64,000 bases of DNA, taken from the IMG/VR virus record IMGVR_UViG_3300021962_007611, positions 70 through 64,069 of that record; one strand, given 5' to 3'. The stretch's first letter is position 1; every line of letters starts with the position of its first letter. Of this stretch, positions 1 to 9,742 are shown piece by piece. The stretch comes from a virus. Taxonomy: Duplodnaviria; Caudoviricetes. The notes beneath the pieces were generated by a model. It saw only the letters and a program-made list of their open reading frames with translations. It was not told the DNA's origin and did no database searches. Position numbers and translations under genes: made by a program.

Positions 1-52
1 GAAGAGATGATGATTAGATTAATCAAAGTCCGTCAATCACTTTGGACATAAT

Positions 53-268
53 ATGAAATCATCTAGATTTAGAACTTGGGTTAGAGAACTTTGGTACGAA
101 AATTGCGAAGAACATTTTCAAGCAAACATACCTAAATATACCCATGAGGAATATTTTCAGAAATTTAAATGGTGGCTAAAAAGAGAATATCGACATCAAC
201 AAGAAAAGGAAAAGAAACGTGAAGAATACTCAGGAAGAGCTATACCGTCGGTACATGTCATTCAATGA
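53..268 (+). CDS. hypothetical phage protein
   Basis: 71-aa ORF in a co-directional overlapping gene run; no recognised motif. Confidence 0.55.
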   Translation: MKSSRFRTWVRELWYENCEEHFQANIPKYTHEEYFQKFKWWLKREYRHQQEKEKKREEYSGRAIPSVHVIQ

Positions 269-437
269 ATTAATGCTCGAAGAAAATAAACCTTTAGAAG
301 TAGCGGCCATTATGGCCGTACAGGCCTTGAGCATTTATAGAACTGTTCTTTCGGAAGAAGATTATTTAAAAATGGTAGAATCAATTTACAACAATAGATT
401 TGATGTTAAAAAAATCGAAGGACCGATCATACAATGA
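219..437 (+). CDS. hypothetical phage protein
   Basis: 72-aa ORF; stop overlaps the next start (ATGA). Confidence 0.55.
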   Translation: MKNTQEELYRRYMSFNELMLEENKPLEVAAIMAVQALSIYRTVLSEEDYLKMVESIYNNRFDVKKIEGPIIQ

Positions 438-901
438 AGTCACAGACACCAGCAGAAGGCATCATGAAGACCAATGACTTTGGAGATTCAAAGTTTTATA
501 AAGTAGTCTGCGGCTGTGGTCAGGATGATCACAGCATTGACTTTGAAGTTGAAGCAGCCGAGACTGGCATTAATGTTAATACTTATGTGACAGTAAAAAC
601 TGATTATTGGTCAGAATCGATCAAAAAGCGTTACGACATCGATAATCCCTATCTACAAGAACTAGACTGGGCTCTCAAAGACCTTTGGAATGGACTGATC
701 ATAAGATTAAAACTTACTTGGACCGTGTGGACCAAGGGCTATATCAAAACAGAATCTATTGTAGCTATGACTGAACAACAGGCTCTTAACTATGCCGATA
801 CAATCAAATCGGCAATTCAAGATGTTAAAGAATTTCGTAAACAAGTAGATCCAAAAAATAAAGCAGCATCTAAACTAGCAGAAGAAGGAGATTGTGTATG
901 A
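434..901 (+). CDS. hypothetical phage protein with CxC motif
   Basis: 155-aa ORF, VVCGCG...H; ATGA overlaps on both sides. Confidence 0.7.
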   Translation: MKSQTPAEGIMKTNDFGDSKFYKVVCGCGQDDHSIDFEVEAAETGINVNTYVTVKTDYWSESIKKRYDIDNPYLQELDWALKDLWNGLIIRLKLTWTVWTKGYIKTESIVAMTEQQALNYADTIKSAIQDVKEFRKQVDPKNKAASKLAEEGDCV

Positions 902-1887
902 CAACTAATCCCAAGGGTTCCTGGCCGTTTATGCCTAGCGATGCTCCCGAACCAACTGCGAAAGACCTAGAAGAACAAAAGATAGCAGAACAACAGAAAC
1001 TTATTGAAGTTCTAAAATTCACACCACGCACATATAGAATCAGTATGTGGGGTTACGGTGGTGAAAAGGTCATGGGGACCGTAGATCGTAAAATCTATGA
1101 TTACTTTAAATCTCGTAGATTGGATCTGAGCGATTTCGCTTGGGATAGTGACTACGCTGATGAACACGAAATCCCCGAAGAGATGTGGCCGTTTCCCCCT
1201 GGTAGTTGGTATGAGTGCGATGACATGGGCCATGTTAACGGTGTCGATCGTGACAGTGGCACACTACAGATCGAAGATGAAAACGGTAACACTATCATTG
1301 AACGAAGTCTAGAAGATATCGATGGCTGTGATATTGAATTAAGCTGCGGTGATGAAGTATGGGTCGATTCTAGAGATCCAGGCACTGTAGTCTTTCTCGG
1401 AAGCAGTAATGAAAAAGGAACATTCTTTGAAGGTGAGATTAATCTAACTGCTCCATTTGATCAAGAAAAATTAATCTTATTCTATGATGACTTCGACGGC
1501 AATGATATTATAAGCTCAGTAGAATATGACGGAGAAGAAATAGAAAACTGGGGAGCCAGTACAAATGGCAAGAGTTCGGATTTTGGATTCTATATTGCCG
1601 GCTCTTCAAAAGAAGGTAAATGGGAAAGATATCGAAATATGGATGATATCGAATATCCTATGACCGAATGGTTTTCTAAAAAGAACAAACCCGTGCTTGA
1701 GGGAATTTATGAAATCAAAACCTCCGGCAAAAATAGTTATCAACATCAGGCTAAATGGACTGGTTCTCGTTGGATCAGTGCGTGGCAAAACGATACCCCT
1801 GAAGCCGAAGATTTAAAAATAAAAGAATGGCGTGGACTATCTGTTGACCCAGATGCTACAGACAGCGAAGGCGGCGAGATTGATTAA
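898..1887 (+). CDS. acidic hypothetical phage protein
   Basis: Long ORF; ATG 898 preceded by AGGAG and overlapping the upstream stop. Confidence 0.75.
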   Translation: MTTNPKGSWPFMPSDAPEPTAKDLEEQKIAEQQKLIEVLKFTPRTYRISMWGYGGEKVMGTVDRKIYDYFKSRRLDLSDFAWDSDYADEHEIPEEMWPFPPGSWYECDDMGHVNGVDRDSGTLQIEDENGNTIIERSLEDIDGCDIELSCGDEVWVDSRDPGTVVFLGSSNEKGTFFEGEINLTAPFDQEKLILFYDDFDGNDIISSVEYDGEEIENWGASTNGKSSDFGFYIAGSSKEGKWERYRNMDDIEYPMTEWFSKKNKPVLEGIYEIKTSGKNSYQHQAKWTGSRWISAWQNDTPEAEDLKIKEWRGLSVDPDATDSEGGEID

Positions 1888-2432
1888 TGGAACCCAGTAA
1901 AAGTCCTGATCGACACACTTTTCAGAAGGAAGGTTATGTAAAACGCCAATCTGAAAACGGTGAACCGGTCAATGAAGATTACCTCGATTACTTTGAAAAG
2001 ATAATCGAAGATCACAAAACTAAGTTTGACGATCCCCAAAGCCGTATTAACAATATGGAATACGATCTCCTAACCACTGATTGGATTTTGGAGAAAGTTC
2101 GTGTGTCTGAATCTTACGCTCAAAACTTATATTCAGCAATGTGTAACAACGATTTTATCAAAATAGATGTTATTCCTATCCTTAGACAAAATCCAAAAAA
2201 AGATTATTGGTCAGCTTCATGGCGTTATGCCGGGGGCATCGTTGCCGACATGCGACAAGAAGGCGATTATATTGATTGGTACTGTTCAGGAATTCGTGGA
2301 GGAATGAGCTACGATGATGATATCAAAGATGGTTTTGTGCCGGAAGGCATGATAACCGACGAGATCCGGAATGATCTCCAACGTCTTGGCTGGGTGATAG
2401 CATCCGGTGGAGATTGGGAAAAGTTTGTTTAA
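1887..2432 (+). CDS. hypothetical phage protein
   Basis: 181-aa ORF, TAATG coupling; YAQNLYSAMCNN and SWRYAGGIVAD blocks. Confidence 0.75.
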   Translation: MEPSKSPDRHTFQKEGYVKRQSENGEPVNEDYLDYFEKIIEDHKTKFDDPQSRINNMEYDLLTTDWILEKVRVSESYAQNLYSAMCNNDFIKIDVIPILRQNPKKDYWSASWRYAGGIVADMRQEGDYIDWYCSGIRGGMSYDDDIKDGFVPEGMITDEIRNDLQRLGWVIASGGDWEKFV

Positions 2433-2457
2433 CCAAATAGGAGAAAAGTAAAATAAA

Positions 2458-2649
2458 ATGACCTGGGAACTCTACGAGGTCTGGTCCGAAGACGATATCG
2501 GCCATCAAGAATTGATTGAAACTACCAAAAGCCTTAAAGAGGCTAGGGCCATCGCCCAAACGACATTAATTGATTATCCAGTCGCTGTCATATATAAAGA
2601 AACAGAAGATGGCGATACTGAGGAAATCGAACGGTTGACATATGAATAG
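2458..2649 (+). CDS. small acidic hypothetical protein
   Basis: 63-aa ORF with AGGAG upstream. Confidence 0.65.
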   Translation: MTWELYEVWSEDDIGHQELIETTKSLKEARAIAQTTLIDYPVAVIYKETEDGDTEEIERLTYE

Positions 2650-2663
2650 TTTGGTAGTATAAT
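2635..2663 (+). promoter_or_regulatory. consensus sigma70 (early) promoter
   Basis: TTGACA-17 nt-TATAAT upstream of AAGGAG and ATG 2697. Confidence 0.85.
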
Positions 2664-2696
2664 AACTATATTAACTGGAAACCAAGGAGCATTTCG

Positions 2697-3872
2697 ATGG
2701 CTGTTACCAAAAGCAAATCTAAACATTTGGCAGAAGCACGGGCTAGTAAAGGACGCGATCTAAGTCCAAAATGGGACGGCCACGAGACCTGGACTACTGA
2801 TCAATTCTATAGCCATTTCCGCCGTAGCATGGATTGGTATCGTATCGAAACCGGTAGTAAAGATCTAAAGCCCAAAGTCATCAATTGGATGTCGCAGGCT
2901 GGTTATACCAAAGATCAAATCAAAGCCTTCAAAGATACCAAAGACTGGCGTTGTAATGGTACTATGGGTGCTATCGCTGCTAACTTGCTCAAGGGTATGC
3001 CTATCGTTAGAGCAGACTTCAATAACGGAAAAAACATCGCTTCATGGTTAGGTGAACGCATCACTGAAGTAATCGAAGCTGGTAAAAACGATTATGAGCC
3101 CGAAGAGCCAGTTGAAGAACAAGTAGCTGTTCCTCAGATCACTATCCAAGATCGTCTTCGTGAAGCTTCCTATAAAATGACCGAAGAACTCGAGGATGCT
3201 GTTGAATCGTTCAGCGAAGATCCCGAAGCATTTGATCCTAAAGCGTTCAAAGTTTTAAATCTCCTGCGGGGGAAACAGGTCAAAGCTGCTCATGCTCGTA
3301 TCATCAAAGATCTATACCAGCGGCAATACGATGAATATATCGAGCTTCAAGAAGGTAAATGTGATCAGCTTAAAGAAGGCTATTCACATCTATCTAAGGC
3401 ACAGATCAAGAAAGTAGTGGCGTTCTATCACGATATCCTCAGTGCCTGTGACATGCTGATGCAGGAAGCCAAGGTTAACCGTAAGCCACGTGCTAAGAAA
3501 CCCACTGACAAGGCCAAGATCGTTGCTAAGATGAAATATCTCAAACAAGACGACAAGCTGAAATTGGTTTCCGTTAATCCTCAGGATATCATCGGTGCCA
3601 AAGAGCTTTGGGTGTTCAATATCAAGACTCGTAAACTAGGCAAGTATGTCACTTCAGAGTTCGCAGAATTGAATGTCAAAGGAACTACCGTTACTGGTTT
3701 TGATGAGAACAAGAGCGTACAAAAGACCCTGCGTAAGCCCGAGGAACAACTTAAAGAATTTAAGGGTGCCGGTAAGGTACAGTTGCGTAAGTTCTTGGAA
3801 GATATTAAAGCTGTGGATATCAAACTCAACGGACGTATCAACGAAGATACCATTCTACTTAAAGTAGTTTAA
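2697..3872 (+). CDS. hypothetical early protein, basic C-terminal half
   Basis: 391-aa ORF with strong promoter and SD. Confidence 0.85.
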   Translation: MAVTKSKSKHLAEARASKGRDLSPKWDGHETWTTDQFYSHFRRSMDWYRIETGSKDLKPKVINWMSQAGYTKDQIKAFKDTKDWRCNGTMGAIAANLLKGMPIVRADFNNGKNIASWLGERITEVIEAGKNDYEPEEPVEEQVAVPQITIQDRLREASYKMTEELEDAVESFSEDPEAFDPKAFKVLNLLRGKQVKAAHARIIKDLYQRQYDEYIELQEGKCDQLKEGYSHLSKAQIKKVVAFYHDILSACDMLMQEAKVNRKPRAKKPTDKAKIVAKMKYLKQDDKLKLVSVNPQDIIGAKELWVFNIKTRKLGKYVTSEFAELNVKGTTVTGFDENKSVQKTLRKPEEQLKEFKGAGKVQLRKFLEDIKAVDIKLNGRINEDTILLKVV

Positions 3873-6800
3873 CCTATCATACCAACAATATTTTGTGAAA
3901 CTCCAGCAGGATTAAACACAGTGATCATAGCTTGACCAGATACAGCAGCTAGAGTAACAGATGTTACACTGGTACCTCCAGCATCTCCCTTGCTCATGTT
4001 CACTGCGGCAAAACCTGTAGTTGATATGCTAGCCTGAACATTGATCTGGCGTGGTGAAGCATTAGTATTTCTTACACATACCCTTACTAGTCTACCTACT
4101 GTTAGATTTGTTATAGAAAGGGTTCGTGTGGCGTCAAAACTTCCTTCCCAATAATATAACTGATATAGAGAAGCATCGACAGTGAAATCACCTGAGCCGC
4201 CACCAAAGCCACCCGGATATGTTAAATTTGGTGTTGTTATAGTCGGTGATGTGCCTAGTACAACGCTACCACTACCTGTAGTCGCCGTTACACCTAGCGT
4301 ACCATCGCCGCTTGATGTTGTAACAATACCGTTAGTGGTTAAACTGCCTAGTTTCTTATTAGTTAAACTTTCTGAACCAGCCAGGGTGGCGAGGGTGCCT
4401 GTAGTTGGTAGTGTGAGCGATGTTGATGCTGTTGTTGTAAATGAAAGGGCAAAATTACCAGCTGTGGTAAAATTGTTAGCTAGATCAATATTACCTGCTA
4501 ATTTAATAGTTCTGTTAGCATTAATTACATCAAATGTCAGCGTCCTATCTGCGGTAAGTGCTGTTGAAGAGTTAGACGCAACGAATAAATCAAACGCTGT
4601 AGTTGTGGTGTCTCGAACTTCTAAAGTAGTGAAACGTCCGGTGGATGCTGTTGTAGCACCTATGCTCATATTATTGATAGTTCCTACCCCGGTCGAAGTT
4701 AACGCAAGGGTTGGCGTATTGCTGGCTGTCAGTGTTATTAAGTTCGTATAAGCTGTTCCATCAACATCGTAGGCTGCTAAGGATAATGTGTTGGCATTGG
4801 CTTTACCGGATTTAAACTGTGTTCCAGAAACAAAGAATGCGTTTGCTGTTATGCTGTCGCTGTCATCGCTGCCGAGTGTGGAATTTCCGTTTACCTGTAG
4901 ATTTCCAGTAAGTGTAAGTGAAGTTCCATTTAACAGTTTATTAATGTTCCAACTGTCATCTGAAGAAGCATAAGTCAATGATGGTTTAGTGGCAGGGCCT
5001 TCTACGGTTATTCCCGCACCATTTGAAGCGGCTGCTGAGATCGATCCTTTAGCAATCGTGATGTTCAAATCTTCGACATCTAGTGTCGAAGTGTTTAATG
5101 TTACGGTGTTACCATTTACAACTAAATCGCCTTGAACAGTTAGATTACTACCAATAGTTGTAGTGCCCTGAACAGTTAGATTACTGCCGACGGATGTATT
5201 TCGTTGTATTATAACATCTTGATCAGCTCTTATATCATTGGCTCTAATGTCTGAATTAAAAGTTACAGCAGGAATAAATGTGATACCTGACGAATCGTTA
5301 GTATCTATAGTATTGCCTGTAAAAATCAAAGATCCAAAATTAATAGTAGTAGCAGCACCGAAGGCATTGACTGTAGTGGCTACAGTATTATAAAGATTCT
5401 GTGTTGTTTGTGTACCAACTACTGTCGGATTATTGATTGTCAATGTACCTGTGGTAGCACCAATATCGATCGTGGTAGCTGCTCCAAAAGCATTGACAGT
5501 AGTTGCTACTGTGTCATAGACATTCTGCGTAGTCTGAGTACCAACTAGAGTTGGGTTATTAACAGTAATTGTTCCTGTAGTAGCACCAATATCAATTGTG
5601 GTAGCTGCTCCAAATGCGTTGACAGTAGTTGCTACTGTGTCATAGACATTCTGAGTGGTCTGTGTGCCGACTAATGTAGGATTGTTGATCGTGATAGTAC
5701 CGGTGGTAGCACCTATGTCTATAGTAGTAGCTGCTCCGAAAGCATTGACTGTTGTTGCTACAGTGTCATAGACGTTCTGCGTAGTCTGGGTTCCTACCAA
5801 TGTAGGATTGTTGATCGTGATAGTACCGGTGGTAGCACCAACATCAATTGTGGTAGCAGCACCAAAAGCATTGACTGTGGTCGCCACGGTGTCATAGACG
5901 TTTTGAGTTGTTTCAGTGCCTACTAATGTTGGATTTCTTAAAGTGATCGTTCCAGTAGTGTCACCTATGTTAATCGCAGTAGCATCACCAAACGCATTAA
6001 CTGTAGTTGCGGTAGTGTCATAAAGATACTGTGTGGCCACTGTACCTACAAGTGTAGGATTCTCGATAGTTATCGTTCCAGTGTTCGCTCCCATGTTGAT
6101 CGCTGTCGCTGATCCAAACACGTTAACAGTAGTTGCGGTATTGTCAATTAAATTAAATGTGGTCTGATCGGTATTAAGTGTCTGGGTTCTTAATTCAACA
6201 GCACCCGTACCTGCTGGATCAATGATGATGCTATCATTAGAATTAGTACCTTGGATGACATTCTGATAGATGTATAATCCATCTGTGTTTATCCTGTCGC
6301 GAATATTAATATCACCACGAAGATAAACTTCACCGTCAATACGTCCTAGATATAATTCTCCGGCACCTGTGTCAGTGCGGATCATTTCATTAATATAGAT
6401 AGGACTGATTTCAAATTGTAAATTGATAGGAAAATCTACATAACCAGTAGACAGGCCTGTCCAGGATGTTATTATTCTAAAGTTTGTTCCAGTAGCATTT
6501 GGTTCAGCATAAATGTTCTGTATCGTATAAGCGTATCTAGCTGTGGTTCCAGAAGCTGAATCTATAGTTACCCAGGTTCCAGGACTTCCCGGTGTTTCTC
6601 TTTGTAAAATAACAGAACCAGTAGTTAGAGCAGATTCAGCTTTGTAACTAGCAGAATATGTCAGTGTACCAGATACAGGAAGAGTGAAATTTATCTGTAC
6701 AGTTTTACTAGCTTCTGAACTTGCCGGTAAATCTATTTCACCAGGACTGTCTAGGGTGCCGTCTCCGGTAAGGTTGATCGGTGATCCTGTAGTTCCTGTA

Positions 6801-7564
6801 GAGGTAAAATTAGTAACTCCATCTTCTCCCGGTATACTTTGTATGATCCCTACTTCGATATTGTTAAGATAAACAGTGTTTGATGTTAGAGCACCTCTCG
6901 AAGTTACAGTATGTAACGTGTCAGTTTCAGTTACGCCTAGTCCTTCGAATCTCAATTCTGTGTCGCTTATACGAGTGATGTTAATACCTCGGTCTACAGA
7001 AAATCTAATACTTTGATCGTCTGTAACTACTGATCCAACCCGACCGTATAATCTTAATTCTGTAGTACCTACAGGAACATCAAAGTCATATTCTGATCCA
7101 GATAAGGTAAATGTATCTTGTGCTTCGTTGGTATTTTCAAATACAATATTGTCTCCAGCGATGATCGTTATACTGTCTCTTACAGAATCTGCTTCTAATT
7201 TATAGCCTCCGGGCGGAGTTCCGTTGCCCAATAAACGCACTTTTCTAAAGAAATCATAGTAGGCCGCACTATTAGGATAGATGTTAGTTGATTCAAAAGA
7301 ATGTGTAGATCCCGTACCTATGCCCAACAGATCTATAGCGGTACTAGTGATAGCATCATCTTCAGACAGGGCTAATTTAAAGGAATTGACTGAAACTAGA
7401 ATAACGTAATATTTGTATCCATTAACCAGCCCGCCAATAGCGGTGCCGCCGCCTGAGTGATATAAAACACCCTGTCGATCTATGTAACCATGTGAATTAA
7501 TTGTAATAACGTCAGTGCCCGTATTAACGGCCGTAGACGGATCAAATGTATTTGTTAGCGGCAT
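3869..7564 (-). CDS. tail fibre-like virion protein with 42-aa tandem repeats
   Basis: 1231 aa, Thr/Gly/Asn-rich; AAGGA SD and late TAAATA box upstream. Confidence 0.75.
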   Translation of the reverse strand: MPLTNTFDPSTAVNTGTDVITINSHGYIDRQGVLYHSGGGTAIGGLVNGYKYYVILVSVNSFKLALSEDDAITSTAIDLLGIGTGSTHSFESTNIYPNSAAYYDFFRKVRLLGNGTPPGGYKLEADSVRDSITIIAGDNIVFENTNEAQDTFTLSGSEYDFDVPVGTTELRLYGRVGSVVTDDQSIRFSVDRGINITRISDTELRFEGLGVTETDTLHTVTSRGALTSNTVYLNNIEVGIIQSIPGEDGVTNFTSTGTTGSPINLTGDGTLDSPGEIDLPASSEASKTVQINFTLPVSGTLTYSASYKAESALTTGSVILQRETPGSPGTWVTIDSASGTTARYAYTIQNIYAEPNATGTNFRIITSWTGLSTGYVDFPINLQFEISPIYINEMIRTDTGAGELYLGRIDGEVYLRGDINIRDRINTDGLYIYQNVIQGTNSNDSIIIDPAGTGAVELRTQTLNTDQTTFNLIDNTATTVNVFGSATAINMGANTGTITIENPTLVGTVATQYLYDTTATTVNAFGDATAINIGDTTGTITLRNPTLVGTETTQNVYDTVATTVNAFGAATTIDVGATTGTITINNPTLVGTQTTQNVYDTVATTVNAFGAATTIDIGATTGTITINNPTLVGTQTTQNVYDTVATTVNAFGAATTIDIGATTGTITVNNPTLVGTQTTQNVYDTVATTVNAFGAATTIDIGATTGTLTINNPTVVGTQTTQNLYNTVATTVNAFGAATTINFGSLIFTGNTIDTNDSSGITFIPAVTFNSDIRANDIRADQDVIIQRNTSVGSNLTVQGTTTIGSNLTVQGDLVVNGNTVTLNTSTLDVEDLNITIAKGSISAAASNGAGITVEGPATKPSLTYASSDDSWNINKLLNGTSLTLTGNLQVNGNSTLGSDDSDSITANAFFVSGTQFKSGKANANTLSLAAYDVDGTAYTNLITLTASNTPTLALTSTGVGTINNMSIGATTASTGRFTTLEVRDTTTTAFDLFVASNSSTALTADRTLTFDVINANRTIKLAGNIDLANNFTTAGNFALSFTTTASTSLTLPTTGTLATLAGSESLTNKKLGSLTTNGIVTTSSGDGTLGVTATTGSGSVVLGTSPTITTPNLTYPGGFGGGSGDFTVDASLYQLYYWEGSFDATRTLSITNLTVGRLVRVCVRNTNASPRQINVQASISTTGFAAVNMSKGDAGGTSVTSVTLAAVSGQAMITVFNPAGVSQNIVGMIG
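5340..6170 (-). repeat. about 7 copies of a 126-nt (42-aa) coding tandem repeat
   Basis: TTVNAFGAATTIDIGATTGTITINNPTLVGTQTTQNVYDTVA repeats; gcattga recurs at 5364 and 5490. Confidence 0.9.
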
Positions 7565-7583
7565 TATTCGTCCTTGTACTCAG

Positions 7584-7612
7584 TATTTATTGTTACCGCA
7601 CTAGTATAAATA
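7584..7612. promoter_or_regulatory. divergent T4-like late promoter pair
   Basis: AATAAATA on minus strand (7584-7591); TATAAATA on plus strand (7605-7612). Confidence 0.65.
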
Positions 7613-7620
7613 TTGATATC

Positions 7621-9060
7621 ATGAAACAAAATCACATCGATCAAGTATTAGAATCTCTAGGGCAAACGCTGAAAAACATCGAATCTACAAAGGCCGCTAC
7701 GCCCTTTGATATCAAAGATGTTACAGATAAAATCGGAGATATTGTCAAATCAATTCCGTATAATAGTATATCCGGGGATCAAATCGCAGGCGGAAAGATT
7801 AAAAGTTTCTCTAGCACAGGAATACAGGATTCAGCCGCTGGGCCTACGCTGTTTGTTAAGAACGGTACGATAGAAGCTCCTAGTGCCACGATTCCTGCTC
7901 TAAAAGGTCGTGTTTTTGTTGAAGAAAATTTAATCGCCAACGAACTAACTGTACTAAAAGATCTCACAGTTTCCGGAGTACTTAGAGCCAACGTCGAAGT
8001 TAACTACGCAGATTTCTTAAAGCGTATTCCCAAACAGGCTATCTCGCAGGACCTGTTAGGACCTGGTACAGTTAGGAATTTTGCCAGCACAGGTATCCGT
8101 GATCAAAGCACAGGAACTATCAAAATCACTATCAAAGACGACGGTGTATTTGTTGACGCTATCTCTATCGCCAAAGTACTAGATAATCTAACTGTAGAAA
8201 AAACCATCAAAGCTGAGAGTGCCGAAATCACAGGCACGATCAAAGCCAAGCGAATCGAAGTAGCAGAAATTAAATCTGATCTTAGATTAGAACGAACATC
8301 AAGTTTAGAATTCAAACACGCACCAGATAATCCTATCTTCGGTAAAGGTCTAGCATGGACTGGAATAGGTCCAACTAAACAGTTTGTTCTCAAAGGAGAT
8401 GACAGTATTTTCTCTACTGAGAATATAGATCTGCAACCAGGAAAAAGTTTCCTAATCAACAATACAGTGGTCATCAGCGAAAAAGAATTAGGCCCGGGAG
8501 TAACCAAGAGTCGTCTAAGAGAATTAGGAATTTTAAAAGACCTTACAGTAATGGGGGATTCTAATCTATCAAATTTCGTATTCCTAAATTCTTCAGCAGA
8601 ACGTATCACTATAGGACTAGGCGAGGCTAACGGAAAACTATCTGTATTTGGCAATAACATAGAACTCAAACACGATTTCCTAGATGGTCGAGCTGTATTC
8701 GGTACACATGGTTATCAGGATCTATCACTGATCACTGACAATACTTCAAGAGTCACCTTACACAATAATGGTAATATTACTCTAGGTAATAAGAATAGTA
8801 CTCCTTCACAGGTACAGGTTCACGGAAGATTATCTATAGGAGTTGGTACGCCAGATCCTAATGTAGACCTACATGTAAACGGTGCTATTAAATTTGGTAA
8901 TAGACTACATACCTACGGCGATGAAGAACCGCAGACTGGTAATTATAATCTCGGTGATATAGTTTGGAACGCAGAACCTAAACCTAATCATCCAATAGGT
9001 TGGGTATGTACCAGGGCAGGAAATCCTGGCACGTGGAGACCATTCGGTATTATCAGCTGA
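7621..9060 (+). CDS. putative virion structural / fibre protein
   Basis: ATG 7621 lies 8 nt after TATAAATA; C-terminal GDIVWNAEP...GWVCT.AG.PGTW tailspike-type motif. Confidence 0.65.
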   Translation: MKQNHIDQVLESLGQTLKNIESTKAATPFDIKDVTDKIGDIVKSIPYNSISGDQIAGGKIKSFSSTGIQDSAAGPTLFVKNGTIEAPSATIPALKGRVFVEENLIANELTVLKDLTVSGVLRANVEVNYADFLKRIPKQAISQDLLGPGTVRNFASTGIRDQSTGTIKITIKDDGVFVDAISIAKVLDNLTVEKTIKAESAEITGTIKAKRIEVAEIKSDLRLERTSSLEFKHAPDNPIFGKGLAWTGIGPTKQFVLKGDDSIFSTENIDLQPGKSFLINNTVVISEKELGPGVTKSRLRELGILKDLTVMGDSNLSNFVFLNSSAERITIGLGEANGKLSVFGNNIELKHDFLDGRAVFGTHGYQDLSLITDNTSRVTLHNNGNITLGNKNSTPSQVQVHGRLSIGVGTPDPNVDLHVNGAIKFGNRLHTYGDEEPQTGNYNLGDIVWNAEPKPNHPIGWVCTRAGNPGTWRPFGIIS

Positions 9061-9644
9061 TGTTGTCCCTGGCTATTGGCAACGGTGAAAGTCGTTCCGG
9101 TATCGATCTTGATAAAATCCCCAAAGACATAACTGTAGGCTGTAATGCTGTGATCAGAGACTTTGCTGTTGATCATCTCGTCTGCGTTGATCGTAGGATG
9201 GTCAGAGAAGCTCTTAACTATTTCGATCAACCCATATATACACGACCTGACTGGATAAAAGAGTTTAAACAACATCCTAGAGTAAAACTAGTTCCCGATC
9301 TTCCATACGCAGGCAACACTAGAGCAGACGATCCTTTTCATTGGGGCAGTGGTCCTTATGCTGTTCTTCTAGCAGCTTCGATCTCCGATACCGTGAGTTT
9401 AATCGGTTTTGATCTTTGGAGCAAGGATCAGCACATCAATAATCTCTATAAAGGCACTGACAATTATAATCATGCCGATCACAGAGCTATAGATCCAAAA
9501 TACTGGATACATCAGATTTCTATTGTGTTTAAACATCATCCAGATAAGTACTTCATAGTTTACAATGAGAAGGATTGGAAAATTCCTGATCAATGGCATT
9601 TGGCTAATGTTTCTTTTAAAGATCTTGACTTGTTACGTCAATGA
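9060..9644 (+). CDS. glycosyltransferase-like protein (DUF115/sialyltransferase-like fold)
   Basis: AIGNGESR, GCNA, VCVD, WGSG, LIGFD motifs; TGATG coupling. Confidence 0.55.
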   Translation: MLSLAIGNGESRSGIDLDKIPKDITVGCNAVIRDFAVDHLVCVDRRMVREALNYFDQPIYTRPDWIKEFKQHPRVKLVPDLPYAGNTRADDPFHWGSGPYAVLLAASISDTVSLIGFDLWSKDQHINNLYKGTDNYNHADHRAIDPKYWIHQISIVFKHHPDKYFIVYNEKDWKIPDQWHLANVSFKDLDLLRQ

Positions 9645-9653
9645 TAGTAAACT
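9625..9653 (+). promoter_or_regulatory. sigma70-type promoter for queD
   Basis: TTGACT-17 nt-TAAACT. Confidence 0.65.
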
Positions 9654-9660
9654 AATCAAA

Positions 9661-9712
9661 TAGTGGTCTTCAATGGCATTCATCCCACTCTAAATATTCT
9701 GCATGTCATCAA
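9661..9712 (+). ncRNA. putative preQ1-I-like riboswitch / H-type pseudoknot leader
   Basis: P1 AGUGG/CCACU with loop ending CAUC, A-rich linker, loop AUGGCAU pairs with AUGUCAU; lies directly upstream of queD. Confidence 0.45.
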
Positions 9713-9742
9713 ACTTGCTCATTTTTCATAAGGAGACTAGAG

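Noticed and set aside
4182-4751. Long antisense ORFs (also 8103-8669, 24828-25268, 48516-48977 and others)
   Set aside because: Shadow frames of real genes caused by codon bias; no SD or recognisable motifs
5340-6170. Possible CRISPR array
   Set aside because: The 126-nt period is in-frame coding repetition with synonymous changes; there are no unique spacers or cas genes
7546-7620. Hydrophobic N-terminal extension on the 504-aa ORF
   Set aside because: It overlaps the divergent gene start and promoters; ATG 7621 after TATAAATA is the more plausible start
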